Source of the DNA: Bacilli bacterium
GTDB taxonomy: Bacteria; Bacillota_I; Bacilli_A; ML615J-28; CAG-698
Assembly (NCBI GenBank): GCA_050953065.1
Contig: JBMNLZ010000001.1
Coordinates: 256,001-320,000, forward strand
Direction of reading: 5' to 3'
Length of the DNA: 64,000 bases
Below, piece after piece: positions 39,706 to 50,630 of this stretch. Made by a program: the position numbers and the translations under genes. A model generated the notes under the pieces. That model was not told the origin of the DNA. It was given only the letters and a program-made list of their open reading frames with translations, and searched no databases. The stretch's first letter is position 1; the number at the start of each line of letters is the position of its first letter.

Positions 39706-40857
39706 TTAATTATTTTTAAAAAGTTTTTTTAATTCTTCTACTTTATCTAATTTTTCCCATGACACATCTAAATCTATTCTTCCCATATGCCCATATGCAG
39801 CCAATTTCTTATAAATTGGTTTTCTTAAATTTAGATATTCAATAATGCCTTTTGGAGTTAATGGAAAAACTTTCTTTACTACTTTTATAATTTCATCTTC
39901 AGAAATTTTAGAAGTACCATAAGTATTTAAATAAATTGAAGTTGGTTCACTGACTCCTATTACATAACTTAAACCTATTTCAGCTTTTTTGCAAATTCCT
40001 GTTGCTACAATATTTTTTGCAATATATCTAGCCATATAGGCAGCACTTCTATCTACTTTTGAAGGATCTTTTCCAGAAAAAGCTCCGCCTCCATGATGAG
40101 CAAATCCACCATAAGTATCAACAATTATTTTTCTACCAGTTAATCCTGAATCAGCCTTTGGTCCACCCAAAACAAATCTACCTGTTTCATTAATAAACAT
40201 TTTTGTTTTTGTATCAACTAGATTTTTTGGTAAAACTTTATCAATAACTTCTTTTTTTACAAAACTTTTTAGCTCTTCATTACTTACATCTGCACTATGT
40301 TGTGTAGAAACAACAACATTATCAATTCTAATTGCCTCTTTCTTTTCATTATATTCAACAGTAACTTGCGATTTACCATCTGGTCTTAAAAAATCAACAA
40401 GTTTCTCTTTTCTAACTTGAGCAAGTCTTTTTGCTAGTTTATGTGATAAAACTAGTGGTAAAGGCATATATTCTTCTGTTTCATTAGTAGCATATCCAAA
40501 CATTAACCCTTGATCTCCAGCACCTTGGTCATCTTTAACTCCCATTGCGATATCAGGTGATTGCTCATCAATGCTAACTAAAACAGCTAAATCGTCCCCA
40601 TTAAATCCAAACTCTGGATTATCATATCCGATTTCTTTAACTGTATCTCTTACAATTTTTTGAATATCTACATAAGTTGAAGTAGTAATTTCCCCCATTA
40701 CTAAAACTAAACCTGTAGTAGCACAAACCTCGCATGCCACATGTGCATTAGGATCTTGTTCAATAATATAATCTAAAATGCTATCAGCAATTTGGTCACA
40801 CACCTTATCAGGATGACCTTCAGTAACAGATTCAGAAGTATATAATTTATTACTCAT
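39706..40857 (-). CDS. metK: S-adenosylmethionine synthetase
   Basis: [40 protein letters not shown]. Confidence 0.99.
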   Translation of the reverse strand: MSNKLYTSESVTEGHPDKVCDQIADSILDYIIEQDPNAHVACEVCATTGLVLVMGEITTSTYVDIQKIVRDTVKEIGYDNPEFGFNGDDLAVLVSIDEQSPDIAMGVKDDQGAGDQGLMFGYATNETEEYMPLPLVLSHKLAKRLAQVRKEKLVDFLRPDGKSQVTVEYNEKKEAIRIDNVVVSTQHSADVSNEELKSFVKKEVIDKVLPKNLVDTKTKMFINETGRFVLGGPKADSGLTGRKIIVDTYGGFAHHGGGAFSGKDPSKVDRSAAYMARYIAKNIVATGICKKAEIGLSYVIGVSEPTSIYLNTYGTSKISEDEIIKVVKKVFPLTPKGIIEYLNLRKPIYKKLAAYGHMGRIDLDVSWEKLDKVEELKKLFKNN

Positions 40858-40859
40858 AT

Positions 40860-42428
40860 CTATCTCCTCTTTCTTGTTTTAGCTTCTTCAATAGTTACAA
40901 ACCTTCCCTTATAAGGGGTTGTAGAAAAACCACGTAAAACTTTATCAGCATTATCTGATGGTGTATCAAAAAAACTAAAATTATCTTGTAAACAAACATC
41001 ATTTATTTCATTTTTAGGTAATTTAGTTACTTTAGAAATATATTCTATTAAATCTTTTTTACTAAATCTATCCTTTTTCCCTAAACCAAGAAAAAATCTT
41101 GTACTTTTATTTAAAGATGATTTAGAAGTTTTTTCAACTTCTTCTTCAACATCAGTTAATTGCATTAAAATTAAACCTTTTATTAATTCAAAAACATTAT
41201 CTGGTTCAATTTGATTAATTATTTTTTCTACATAAAGGGAATTCTTATTATATGTATTTTTTTCTAAAGCTTTTTCAATTAATTTATTTACCCTAACATT
41301 AATTACACTCTCAATGCTTGGAACTTCCATTTTTTGTATTTCAGTTTTTGAAAAGGCTAAAATACTTTTCATTAAATACTTTTCATCTCTTTTAACCAAC
41401 ATAATAGCAAGGCCTGACTTTTTAGCTCTTCCAGTTCTTCCTATTCTATGTACATAATATTCTGGATCAGTTGGTACATCATAATTAAATACAACATCTA
41501 CATCATCAATATCTAAACCTCTTGCAGCTACATCAGATGCTACCAAAATATTAACAAGTCCTTTTCTAAAGCGATGCATAACTCTATCTCTTTGCATCTG
41601 TTTCATATCACCATGCAAAGAATCTACTAGGTACCCTCTAAATTGCAATTTAGATGATACTTCATCTACATCTTTTTTTGTATTACAAAAAACCATAACT
41701 AACTTATAATCATTAATATCAATAATTCTTGAAATTACTTCTATTTTATCTTTTTCACTGACTTCTATATACCTTTGTTTAATTGTTGGAACAGTTAAAT
41801 CAGATTTACTAATTCTAATAGAAAAAGGATTTTTTAAAATTGTTTTTGCAATATTTTCTATTTCTTTAGAAATTGTAGCAGAAAAAAGCATTTTTTGTTC
41901 TACATTATGCATTTCTTCAAAAATCAATTCTAAATCTTCTTTAAATCCCATATTTAACATTTCATCAGCTTCATCTAAAACAAGAATTTTAACCTTACCA
42001 AGTTTAATTGTTCTTCTTCTTAAATGATCTAACAGTCTACCAGGAGTAGCAACAATTATCCTTGGTTTTTTCTTTAGATTTTTTATTTGTATATCAATAA
42101 GTTCGCCACCATAAATTGCTAGTGCAGTATATGTTTTAAAGAAAAGCGCTATTTCGTTTATTTCTCCTGCAACTTGCACTGCTAATTCCCTTGTTGGAAC
42201 CAAAACAATACTTTGAATATCATAATTATCAAAATCTATTTTTTGTAAAATAGGAATTGCAAAAGCACATGTTTTCCCAGTTCCTGTTGGTGATTGGATA
42301 ATTAAATCTCTATTATTAATAGCTAAAGGAATAACTTCTTCTTGAACTTCAGTCATTTCAAGAAAACCTTTCTTTTCTATTCCTTTTAAAATTTCAGTTT
42401 TTATTGTTAAATTATTAAATATTTCCAT
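40860..42428 (-). CDS. DEAD-box RNA helicase with DbpA RNA-binding domain (CshA/DeaD-like)
   Basis: [32 protein letters not shown]. Confidence 0.95.
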   Translation of the reverse strand: MEIFNNLTIKTEILKGIEKKGFLEMTEVQEEVIPLAINNRDLIIQSPTGTGKTCAFAIPILQKIDFDNYDIQSIVLVPTRELAVQVAGEINEIALFFKTYTALAIYGGELIDIQIKNLKKKPRIIVATPGRLLDHLRRRTIKLGKVKILVLDEADEMLNMGFKEDLELIFEEMHNVEQKMLFSATISKEIENIAKTILKNPFSIRISKSDLTVPTIKQRYIEVSEKDKIEVISRIIDINDYKLVMVFCNTKKDVDEVSSKLQFRGYLVDSLHGDMKQMQRDRVMHRFRKGLVNILVASDVAARGLDIDDVDVVFNYDVPTDPEYYVHRIGRTGRAKKSGLAIMLVKRDEKYLMKSILAFSKTEIQKMEVPSIESVINVRVNKLIEKALEKNTYNKNSLYVEKIINQIEPDNVFELIKGLILMQLTDVEEEVEKTSKSSLNKSTRFFLGLGKKDRFSKKDLIEYISKVTKLPKNEINDVCLQDNFSFFDTPSDNADKVLRGFSTTPYKGRFVTIEEAKTRKRR

Positions 42429-42448
42429 TTTGTCTCATTTCTATTTTT

Positions 42449-43771
42449 TTATTTTCCAGATACTTGCAAAGATTTAAACTTTATTGAAGGGGCACCAAAA
42501 CTATTGTAAGAAAACTTTAAATCATTGGCTACATCTAAGTCATTTTTTATTATCTTGAAAAAATTACCTGAGACAACAATCAAATTCACTGGTTTTTTTA
42601 TTTCTCCATCAACAATATGAAAACCAGAAGACTGCAAACTAAAATCTCCTGAAACACAGTTAACACCAGCATGTAAACCAGCTATTTTTGTAATCAGTAA
42701 ACCATTTTTTGTTTCTTTGATTATTTGATCTAAACTTTTTTCTCCAGGTCCAATAAACAAATTATAATTTCCAATACCAATACCACTACCTTTTTTAACA
42801 CCATTTCCAGTAGATTTAGTCTTAAAATACTTAGCTGACTTTAAATTATGTAACAATGTCAATAATTTACCATTCTCAATAATGCTTTTTTTATAAGTAG
42901 CTACTCCTTCATCATCAAATGAATCATTGAATATTGCATTTTTATGAAAAGGGTCTTCAATTATATTAACCTTTTCATTTGCAATAACTTGGCCTATTTT
43001 ATCACTTAGTTGAGTCGCTTTTTCCATAGCTTCTTCTCCAGAAAAAACAGGAGAAAAAGCTGCAAGCAAATCAATCATTGTTTTGTTTTCAAAAATTACA
43101 TCATAATCGTTAGAATCAACAGGTAACGCACTTAACATCGCAACTGCTCTATCTACAACATTCTTGCTTAATTTTTCAATATCAAACTTTGAAAAATCTT
43201 TTTGAACATCAATATCAAAATAACTTTGCGTTTGCTTATCTTCCTTTGCCACCACTTGTACAGCTAGGCCAGCAAATTCATATTTTTTGTTTAAATTTAA
43301 GCCTTTAGAATTAACAATTGAAATTTCCACTTGAGCCTCATCATAACTACAATGTGGTATATGTATTATTCTTTCATCTAATTTTTTTATTTTTTTTTCT
43401 AAAGCTAATAAAATATTAATTTTTTCTTCAGTAGAAATGTTATCAAAAACACCATAACTATCTATAACTTTATTGTATTCACTACTTCCTTCAAATATTT
43501 CTGATTCTTTTTTAGTTGTTAAAGATGAAGCATTATCTTTTAATTGCTTAATGATTTGTTTAGGCGATTGATTCATTTTTTCGCAATTTAAATATGCCAT
43601 TTTACCATTAAATATACCTCTAATTGTATAATTAGATAAATTGCTTACTTCATTTTTTTCTACTTCTTCTTGGAAAACAAGAATATTCATTTTTTTAGAT
43701 ATGGAAGAATATATTTCTAAATCACTAAAACCTTGTTTTAGTCCTTCTTTTATTAATTTATCATATTTCAT
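42449..43771 (-). CDS. pmbA: TldE/PmbA family protein
   Basis: FDDEGVAT, STGNG, SGDFSL; lacks the catalytic HE motif; follows tldD. Confidence 0.88.
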   Translation of the reverse strand: MKYDKLIKEGLKQGFSDLEIYSSISKKMNILVFQEEVEKNEVSNLSNYTIRGIFNGKMAYLNCEKMNQSPKQIIKQLKDNASSLTTKKESEIFEGSSEYNKVIDSYGVFDNISTEEKINILLALEKKIKKLDERIIHIPHCSYDEAQVEISIVNSKGLNLNKKYEFAGLAVQVVAKEDKQTQSYFDIDVQKDFSKFDIEKLSKNVVDRAVAMLSALPVDSNDYDVIFENKTMIDLLAAFSPVFSGEEAMEKATQLSDKIGQVIANEKVNIIEDPFHKNAIFNDSFDDEGVATYKKSIIENGKLLTLLHNLKSAKYFKTKSTGNGVKKGSGIGIGNYNLFIGPGEKSLDQIIKETKNGLLITKIAGLHAGVNCVSGDFSLQSSGFHIVDGEIKKPVNLIVVSGNFFKIIKNDLDVANDLKFSYNSFGAPSIKFKSLQVSGK

Positions 43772-43772
43772 T

Positions 43773-45158
43773 TTAACTACCTCTGCCACCTACTGTCATA
43801 TCTCTAACACGAATAGTAGGCTGGCCAACACAAACTGGTATATTCCCACTACTTGCACCACAAATTCCATACCCAAATTCTAAGTTATCAGCAATCATAT
43901 CAATGTTAAGTAACACACTTTTTCCACTTCCGACTAAAGTTGCTCCTCTTACAGGTTTTGTTATTTTACCATTTTCAATAATATAACCTTCACTAACGCT
44001 AAAGTTAAACTCTCCAGTTGAAGGATCTACACTACCGCCTCCCATAGTTTTCGCAAAAAAGCCATTTTTTGTTTTTGATATTATTTCTTCAAATGTATTT
44101 TTTCCAGGCATAAAAAATGTATTAGTCATTCTTGCAGTTGGCAAATATTTATATGAAGCACGTCTTCCAGACCCAGTAATTTGATGATTCATTTTAGCAC
44201 TATTTTTATAATCTACTAAATAGCTTTTTAAAATTCCGTTTTCAATTAAAACAGTTCTTTTAGCTTTAGCACCCTCATCATCAATATTATTAGAACCCCA
44301 TTGGTTAACTATAGTCCCATCATCAACTGCAGTAACAATATCGCTAGCTATTTTTTCACCTATCATATTGGAAAAAACAGAAGCATTTTTTGAAACAAGT
44401 TCTGCTTCTAAAGAATGAACACAAGCTTCGTGCAATAAAACGCCTCCAAAAGCATTATGAATAACAACATCCATCACTCCACCTTTAATTTCATCTGCAT
44501 GTAGAATTGTTATTACACTTTCAGCGACTTTTCTACCTAAGGCTTCCAAATCCTCATTTTTAAATATTTCATACCCACATGCTCCTGCAATAGAATCACC
44601 AGCAATTTGCATCGTTTCTTCATTAGAAGCAATAGCTGTACAAAAAATTCTTGCTAAAACTCTTTCATCTTTAATATATTTTCCGTTTGTATTAGCAATC
44701 GTAACACCTTGAACTTTATCAAAAAGTTTAATAGAAACTTTTGAAATTTCTTCACTGTAATTTTTACAAGCATCATGTGTTTGTTGCATATAAGATATTT
44801 TTTTAGAAATATCTATTTTATCAGGAAACATTATTGTTTTATGAATATTTTCATTTTTTTCTAAAACCAATTTTACTTTTTCAATATTTTCCTTTTTTTC
44901 TAAACTTGTTGTTATTTTTTCAATAAGGTTAACTAAATTATTATAAGATATATCATTAGTATATCCATAATATTCACTTTCCCCTTTAATTACTCTAATG
45001 CCTACACCATAAACATAACTAGTGACAATGTTTTCGACTTCTCCACAAATAAATTCATAGTTGTTAGATTTAGTATCTTCTAAAAAAAATTCAGCAAAAT
45101 CGCAGCCTTTTTTTATACATAAATTTAGAAGTTTATTCAATTTTGCTTTTGAAATCAT
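43773..45158 (-). CDS. tldD: TldD family metalloprotease
   Basis: LLHEACVHSLEAE, DDEG, RMTNT, GICG..GQPT. Confidence 0.92.
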   Translation of the reverse strand: MISKAKLNKLLNLCIKKGCDFAEFFLEDTKSNNYEFICGEVENIVTSYVYGVGIRVIKGESEYYGYTNDISYNNLVNLIEKITTSLEKKENIEKVKLVLEKNENIHKTIMFPDKIDISKKISYMQQTHDACKNYSEEISKVSIKLFDKVQGVTIANTNGKYIKDERVLARIFCTAIASNEETMQIAGDSIAGACGYEIFKNEDLEALGRKVAESVITILHADEIKGGVMDVVIHNAFGGVLLHEACVHSLEAELVSKNASVFSNMIGEKIASDIVTAVDDGTIVNQWGSNNIDDEGAKAKRTVLIENGILKSYLVDYKNSAKMNHQITGSGRRASYKYLPTARMTNTFFMPGKNTFEEIISKTKNGFFAKTMGGGSVDPSTGEFNFSVSEGYIIENGKITKPVRGATLVGSGKSVLLNIDMIADNLEFGYGICGASSGNIPVCVGQPTIRVRDMTVGGRGS

Positions 45159-45171
45159 AAATTGCCTCCAA

Positions 45172-46605
45172 TTAAAGCCAAGTTAAACTTTGTTTTAATC
45201 TATTAATCGATTCTTCTTTTCCTAAAATATCAGCCATTTCAACAGATCCACCTGGTGTAACTAAAGATGCAGTTAAAGCAATTCTTAACGCAGTATAAAC
45301 AGCACCTGTTTTATACTGCAACTTAAGAGCAGTATCTGTAATCACTTTATGTAAATTTTCTTCATTCCATTCTTTAAGATTTTTAAATTTATCAATTGAT
45401 TCAATAATAATTGCTTTTGCTACAGTTGGATTTAATTTCATTTTAGGAATATCATACCAAGATGGATCAATTTGTGAAAACTCATTAATAAATTTTACTT
45501 TTTCATCTATTTCACTAAATATTTCTATTCTATTTTTTAATAAAACAGCAAACTTTCTATAATCATACTTGCCTTTAATACTTGATGACTCAAAATAAGG
45601 AAGAGCAAGATTATAAAACTTTTCAAAATCCATTTCTTTTATATATTCGCCATTAAGCCACTTCATTTTATTTTCATCAAATATACTACTTGATTTACTT
45701 AATCTATTAATACTAAAACTTTCAATTAATTCAGATAAAGTGAATTTCTCTTTGTTTTCTTCAGGACTCCAGCCTAATAAAGAAATATAATTAATAATAG
45801 CTTCAGGCAAATATCCTTTTTTTACAAAATCATCAAAGTTGGCATCACCATATCTTTTACTTAATTTTCTAGTTTCATCTTTCATTATCGGAGTTAAATG
45901 AATATATTTTGGAATTTCCCAGCCAAAAGCTTTATATAATAAATTATATTTAGGCGTGCTACTTAAATATTCATTTCCTCTTATTACATGAGTAATCCCC
46001 ATTAAATGATCATCTACTACATTAGCAAAATTATAAGTAGGCATTCCATCTGATTTAAGTAATATATTATCTTCTAATTCATTATTAGGAATACTTATTA
46101 ATCCAAACACCATATCAGTAAATTCACTGATTCCTTCAGTTGGCATATTTTGTCTAATTACATATTTCTCGCCTTTAGAAAGTTTTTCTTTTACTTCTTC
46201 TTCAGTTAATTTCAAACAATGTTTATCATATTTTTTAATTCCTGATGCATCAGCTAGTGAATCTAATCTTTCTTTTGAACAAAAACAATAATAAGCAGCT
46301 TTCTTTTCAATTAAAATCTTAGCATATTTATCATAAATTTCTTTTCTTTCACTTTGAATATAAGGTCCAAAATCTCCACCTTCATTAGGTCCTTCATCAA
46401 ATTCAATGCCTGCAGTTTTCAATGTATTATATATTACTTCAACTGCTCCAGGAACATAACGTTCTAAATCTGTATCTTCAATTCTTAAAATAAATTGTCC
46501 ATTATTTTGTTTAGCAAATAAGTATGCATATAAAGCAGATCTTAAGTTGCCAACATGCATAAACCCAGTTGGACTAGGCGCAAATCTCGTTCTTACTTTT
46601 TCCAT
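45172..46605 (-). CDS. gltX: Glutamate--tRNA ligase
   Basis: RFAPSPTGFMHVG, LRIEDTD, KLSKR. Confidence 0.98.
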   Translation of the reverse strand: MEKVRTRFAPSPTGFMHVGNLRSALYAYLFAKQNNGQFILRIEDTDLERYVPGAVEVIYNTLKTAGIEFDEGPNEGGDFGPYIQSERKEIYDKYAKILIEKKAAYYCFCSKERLDSLADASGIKKYDKHCLKLTEEEVKEKLSKGEKYVIRQNMPTEGISEFTDMVFGLISIPNNELEDNILLKSDGMPTYNFANVVDDHLMGITHVIRGNEYLSSTPKYNLLYKAFGWEIPKYIHLTPIMKDETRKLSKRYGDANFDDFVKKGYLPEAIINYISLLGWSPEENKEKFTLSELIESFSINRLSKSSSIFDENKMKWLNGEYIKEMDFEKFYNLALPYFESSSIKGKYDYRKFAVLLKNRIEIFSEIDEKVKFINEFSQIDPSWYDIPKMKLNPTVAKAIIIESIDKFKNLKEWNEENLHKVITDTALKLQYKTGAVYTALRIALTASLVTPGGSVEMADILGKEESINRLKQSLTWL

Positions 46606-46624
46606 ATATTCTCCTTTATGCTTG

Positions 46625-46652
46625 AAAAAATCTCTTATTTCTAAGAGATTTT
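46625..46652 (-). terminator. Possible terminator hairpin at the end of the ABC gene, upstream of gltX
   Basis: aaaatctctta-tttc-taagagatttt. Confidence 0.5.
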
Positions 46653-48377
46653 AAAGCTTTTGAACTTTTTAACTTTACTCTTTTGATTCAGTTGATTGTA
46701 TAGAGAATTTTTATTTTTCTCTAGTTCTCCAATTTCGCCGTATTCAGAAATTTTTCCATTTTCTAATATAATAAGTTTATCACATTGATTTAATTGTGAT
46801 ATGTTATTAGATAAAATTATAAATATCTTATTTTTTAATTTTAATACTTCATCTATTATTTTTTCATTTTCTGGTAAGTCACAAGCATTATCTAAAAGTA
46901 TAATTTTACTATCTTTATAAAGACCGTTTGCTAAAACTATTCTTTGTTTAATAATTGGATCTAAATTTTCATCAATTACAGTATCACCAGCATCTGGCAA
47001 GTTTAATACATAATCTTTTAAACCACTTCTATTTAACGCATCATTATATTTATAATCATCAAATTCATAAGGGAAAATGATATTATTAATAATTGATGTT
47101 CTGAAGATTTCACTTTCAGTTGTAACTGAAGCCATAATATCTCTTAAATAAAATGTATTAATTTTAGTAATATCACAATTGTTAATCAAAATAGAACCAC
47201 TTCTTGGAACAGCTAATTTAGTAAGCAAATTAAATATCGTTGTTTTTCCACTTAATGAATCACCATAGATACCTAGTTTTTGGCCTTTTTGTATTTCAAA
47301 ATTAATATTTTGAAGTTTGAAATCCTTATTTAAATAATGAAAATACACATCTTTAAATTTAATACTATAAATTTCATCAAGTGATTCGATATTTTCAAAT
47401 TTACTTTCAGATTTAAAGGCGAAGATTTCATCTAAATTTGTAATAGATGTAGCAATTACAGCTGGTGAGATTCTTGTAGTAAGTAAATTTTTAAATGAAG
47501 TAAAAACTTTTGGAATTAAAAATATACATAAAACCAAACTACCAATTGTTAATTTTAATCCCACTGGATCTGCAATTACAATCCAAACACCTATTGATAT
47601 ATTGATTGCTAAAACAAGCCCTACAAACAAATCACTTATATACTGTTTATTAATCTTATAAAACAAACTATTTTGTCTTTTCATTTTAGCATTTTTTTCA
47701 TTCCAACTTTTAAAGTTCTCCTCTTCAAATTTAATACAATTTCTTAACTTTATAGTTTTAACCTTTTCTAAAGTTTCATTCATCAAAAATTGCCCTTGAT
47801 TCATAACTTCTTTTACTTTAGGTTGACTTCTTTTATAAAGTTTTTGAAAAGCTTTTATTAAAGCATAATAAACTGGCAATGTACAAAAAACAACTAAAGC
47901 TATTAAAGGATTAGAAATCAGTAATGCTATTAATAAGAAAATTAATGATATAGAATTACTAAAGAAATTCAAAACATTGTTAGTAATATAAGTATCACCA
48001 ATTTTACTAGCATCGCTGTTCATTCTTTTAATAATTTCTTTAGAAGTCATTTTTTCAATTTCAAACAATTCAGCTCTTAATACTGTTGAATATAAATTTT
48101 CTCTTAAATATTGAGTTACATAATTTCCTAAAATTATATTATTATTTTGATTAACACTATTTAAAATAAAAGATATAACACTAGACAAAGAAAGCATTAT
48201 GATCCAAAAAACTAATAAATCAAAATCTTTATTTGGAATAACATTATCAATAATAACTTTTATTATCCATAAACTAAAAATTAAAAGCAAAGATGATAAG
48301 ATAACCATTAAAACAAGAAATATTATTGAACGAAGTTTATTGCTAAACGCTTGCTTAATAAGATTTTTAGTATTCAT
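46641..48377 (-). CDS. ABC exporter half-transporter (TMD+NBD) with degenerate NBD
   Basis: 6 TMs; Walker A GDSLSGKT; signature LDPIIKQ; Walker B ILLDNA; no H-loop His. Confidence 0.85.
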   Translation of the reverse strand: MNTKNLIKQAFSNKLRSIIFLVLMVILSSLLLIFSLWIIKVIIDNVIPNKDFDLLVFWIIMLSLSSVISFILNSVNQNNNIILGNYVTQYLRENLYSTVLRAELFEIEKMTSKEIIKRMNSDASKIGDTYITNNVLNFFSNSISLIFLLIALLISNPLIALVVFCTLPVYYALIKAFQKLYKRSQPKVKEVMNQGQFLMNETLEKVKTIKLRNCIKFEEENFKSWNEKNAKMKRQNSLFYKINKQYISDLFVGLVLAINISIGVWIVIADPVGLKLTIGSLVLCIFLIPKVFTSFKNLLTTRISPAVIATSITNLDEIFAFKSESKFENIESLDEIYSIKFKDVYFHYLNKDFKLQNINFEIQKGQKLGIYGDSLSGKTTIFNLLTKLAVPRSGSILINNCDITKINTFYLRDIMASVTTESEIFRTSIINNIIFPYEFDDYKYNDALNRSGLKDYVLNLPDAGDTVIDENLDPIIKQRIVLANGLYKDSKIILLDNACDLPENEKIIDEVLKLKNKIFIILSNNISQLNQCDKLIILENGKISEYGEIGELEKNKNSLYNQLNQKSKVKKFKSFKIS

Positions 48378-48471
48378 ATATGCCTCCTTTCATAACTAAC
48401 TAAGTTTAACTTATTATACCATAAAGTATTAAAAAAAACTATATTTTATATGAATAATATTTTAAAAATAT

Positions 48472-48500
48472 TTGACTATTATTAAAATTCAATGTATAAT
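48472..48500 (+). promoter_or_regulatory. SigA promoter upstream of the FMN riboswitch
   Basis: TTGACT-17 nt-TATAAT. Confidence 0.8.
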
Positions 48501-48509
48501 GACTTAAAG

Positions 48510-48619
48510 AAGTCTTCAGGGTGAGGTGTAATTCCTAACCGGCGGTAAAGTCCGCGAGCTGTAAAGCAGATTTGGTGTAATTCCAAAACCGACAGTAAAG
48601 TCTGGATGAAAGAAGATTT
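48510..48619 (+). ncRNA. FMN riboswitch (RFN element)
   Basis: tcttcagggtgaggtgtaattcct.accggcggtaaagtccgcgagc...ggtgtaattcc..accgacagtaaagtctggatgaaagaaga. Confidence 0.96.
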
Positions 48620-48640
48620 TATGCTTTTTTTGCATGCTTT

Positions 48641-48666
48641 CACCCTAGAATTTCTAGGGTGTTTTT
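48641..48666 (+). terminator. FMN riboswitch attenuator terminator
   Basis: caccctaga-att-tctagggtg-ttttt; the 5' arm (tcaccct) can pair instead with agggtga near 48518, forming an antiterminator. Confidence 0.85.
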
Positions 48667-48684
48667 ATATTCAAGGAGGATTAT

Positions 48685-49800
48685 ATGATTTTAAAAATCG
48701 ATTGGGCCATTTTTTTTAATAAAAACTTATCCAGTATAATCGCAGGAATTGGACTTTTTCTAGTTTTAATTGCTGTAATTTTAAATTTTTTTCAAAACAA
48801 ATGTTCTAAAAAATCAAAAATTTCTTTAATAACTACCATTGTAATAGGAACTCTTCTAGTAATTACTGGTATTGTTACAAATAAAAAATGGGCAGAAATC
48901 TTAGCATATTTGGGAGTAATTTTATCAATCTTAGGATTTATAGCTTTAATGGTAAATATTTTTAAAACTACAAGAGAAAAAATAAAAATTATCCTATCTA
49001 TGGTTGTTTTATTGTTAGGTCTTTTTTCGTTAATTCTTGGTTTATTTAATATTGAAAAATACTTGCTTGTTTTAAGTGTCTTCGGTGTTCTTCTATTAAT
49101 TTCATGCTTAATTAGTTATTTTATAATATACGATGAAAGAAAAGAAATCTCAAAATTTCAAACTAAAAATATAGCTGTGGTTGGTATTTTAGGAGCTTTA
49201 GGTGTTATATCTATGCTAATAGGTATTCCAATTATGCCTGTTCTGGGTTTTGATTTTCTAAAACTAGATTTTTGTTTAGTTGTTCTAGTATGTGTTTTAT
49301 TACTTTTTGATTTTAAAACTGCTGTTGCTGTTGCTTTTGTTTCAAATTTAATAGATGGATTATTAAAACCTGGTGTAATTTATTTATTAGACCAAGGTAT
49401 AAACTTTGTTGCTAGCACTCTATTTTTAATACCAATTTACTTCTTAGTTGCATACACTAAAAAAAGAATCAATTCAGAAATAACACATAAAAACATTCTA
49501 ACAATTTTATTTTGTGCAATTTCAACCATATCTACTACTATTCTTATGATATTTATTAATTATTTTGTTGTAATACCTATTTATGATAATGCTACAGGTA
49601 ACGCTATTTCAACTGGATTGTTGCAAATAAATAACAATAAATTCCTTGCTACAATCATGATTTTTGGTACTTTTAATATAATAAAATGGACTTGTGTATC
49701 TATTGTTATTTCCCTTATTTATAATAGATTTATTAAATTTAAAAAATCTATTTGTTATGAAGAGTTATTAGCTGAAGAACTTGAAAAAAGTATTCTTTAA
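48685..49800 (+). CDS. ECF S-component RibU-like riboflavin transporter with N-terminal multi-TM extension
   Basis: Downstream of the FMN riboswitch; 'DFLKLDF', 'INYFVVIPIY', 'FNIIK' motifs in the C-terminal ~210 aa. Confidence 0.8.
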   Translation: MILKIDWAIFFNKNLSSIIAGIGLFLVLIAVILNFFQNKCSKKSKISLITTIVIGTLLVITGIVTNKKWAEILAYLGVILSILGFIALMVNIFKTTREKIKIILSMVVLLLGLFSLILGLFNIEKYLLVLSVFGVLLLISCLISYFIIYDERKEISKFQTKNIAVVGILGALGVISMLIGIPIMPVLGFDFLKLDFCLVVLVCVLLLFDFKTAVAVAFVSNLIDGLLKPGVIYLLDQGINFVASTLFLIPIYFLVAYTKKRINSEITHKNILTILFCAISTISTTILMIFINYFVVIPIYDNATGNAISTGLLQINNNKFLATIMIFGTFNIIKWTCVSIVISLIYNRFIKFKKSICYEELLAEELEKSIL

Positions 49801-49839
49801 ATCTTGTTAGTAACCGCTTTAATGTGATATACTAATATT

Positions 49840-50601
49840 ATGAAAAAAAGAATTTGGGAATTAGATTTTTTAAGATCACTTGCTTTTATATTAATGGTTT
49901 TTGATCACTTCACTTTTGATTTAGCAATCCTTGAAACTACTATCTGGTGGGAATATGATCCACATTTTCTAACTGGTTTATGCAACTTTGCTATAACATA
50001 CAGAGATAGTGACTTTTCAATGTTTATTAGAATTGCTTTTATTTCTGGAGTTTTTATCTTTATATCAGGAATTTGCGGAAATCTATCTAGAAACAATTTC
50101 AAAAGAGGTATCAAATTAGGTATAATTGCTATTTTATTAACTGTTATTACATTTATATTTAGCAAAATATCTGGAATAGATATTACTATATGGTTTGGAA
50201 TTTTACATCTTTTAAGTGTTGGAATGTTATTAACTCCATTATTTATGAAAATACCTAAAATAGCAAATATTATAATAGCTGTTGTTATAACTGGTTTAGG
50301 GATATTCTTTGGAACTATTGTAGCTTATGAAAATATTCCAAAAATATTAATGATTTTCAATTTTAAAACAGTTTCATCAGCTGACTATTATCCGATTTTT
50401 CCTTTTCTTGGAATTTATATAATAGGATTATTAGTAGGAAGTATTGTTTATAAAAATAAAGAATCACTTTTCCCTAACACAGAAACAAAGTATATATCAC
50501 CACTTCTTTTTATTGGTAGACATAGTTTAATTTTCTATTTTGTACACCAAATAATATTGTTTGTTATTATATACGCTTTAGGATTATTATTTATAATATA
50601 A
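49840..50601 (+). CDS. DUF1624 / heparan-alpha-glucosaminide N-acetyltransferase domain membrane protein
   Basis: RIWELDFLRSLAFILMVFDH, FGILHLL, DYYPIFP, GRHSLIFYFVHQ. Confidence 0.88.
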   Translation: MKKRIWELDFLRSLAFILMVFDHFTFDLAILETTIWWEYDPHFLTGLCNFAITYRDSDFSMFIRIAFISGVFIFISGICGNLSRNNFKRGIKLGIIAILLTVITFIFSKISGIDITIWFGILHLLSVGMLLTPLFMKIPKIANIIIAVVITGLGIFFGTIVAYENIPKILMIFNFKTVSSADYYPIFPFLGIYIIGLLVGSIVYKNKESLFPNTETKYISPLLFIGRHSLIFYFVHQIILFVIIYALGLLFII

Positions 50602-50630
50602 AAACTCTATTTTATGAAATAGAGTTTTTA
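50599..50630. terminator. Bidirectional terminator
   Basis: taaaaactctattt-tatg-aaatagagttttta. Confidence 0.75.

Noticed and set aside
42449-45158. TldD/PmbA as the dedicated protease of the RiPP-like cassette
   Set aside because: It lies 11 kb away in a housekeeping run (gltX, helicase, metK); nothing links it to the cassette
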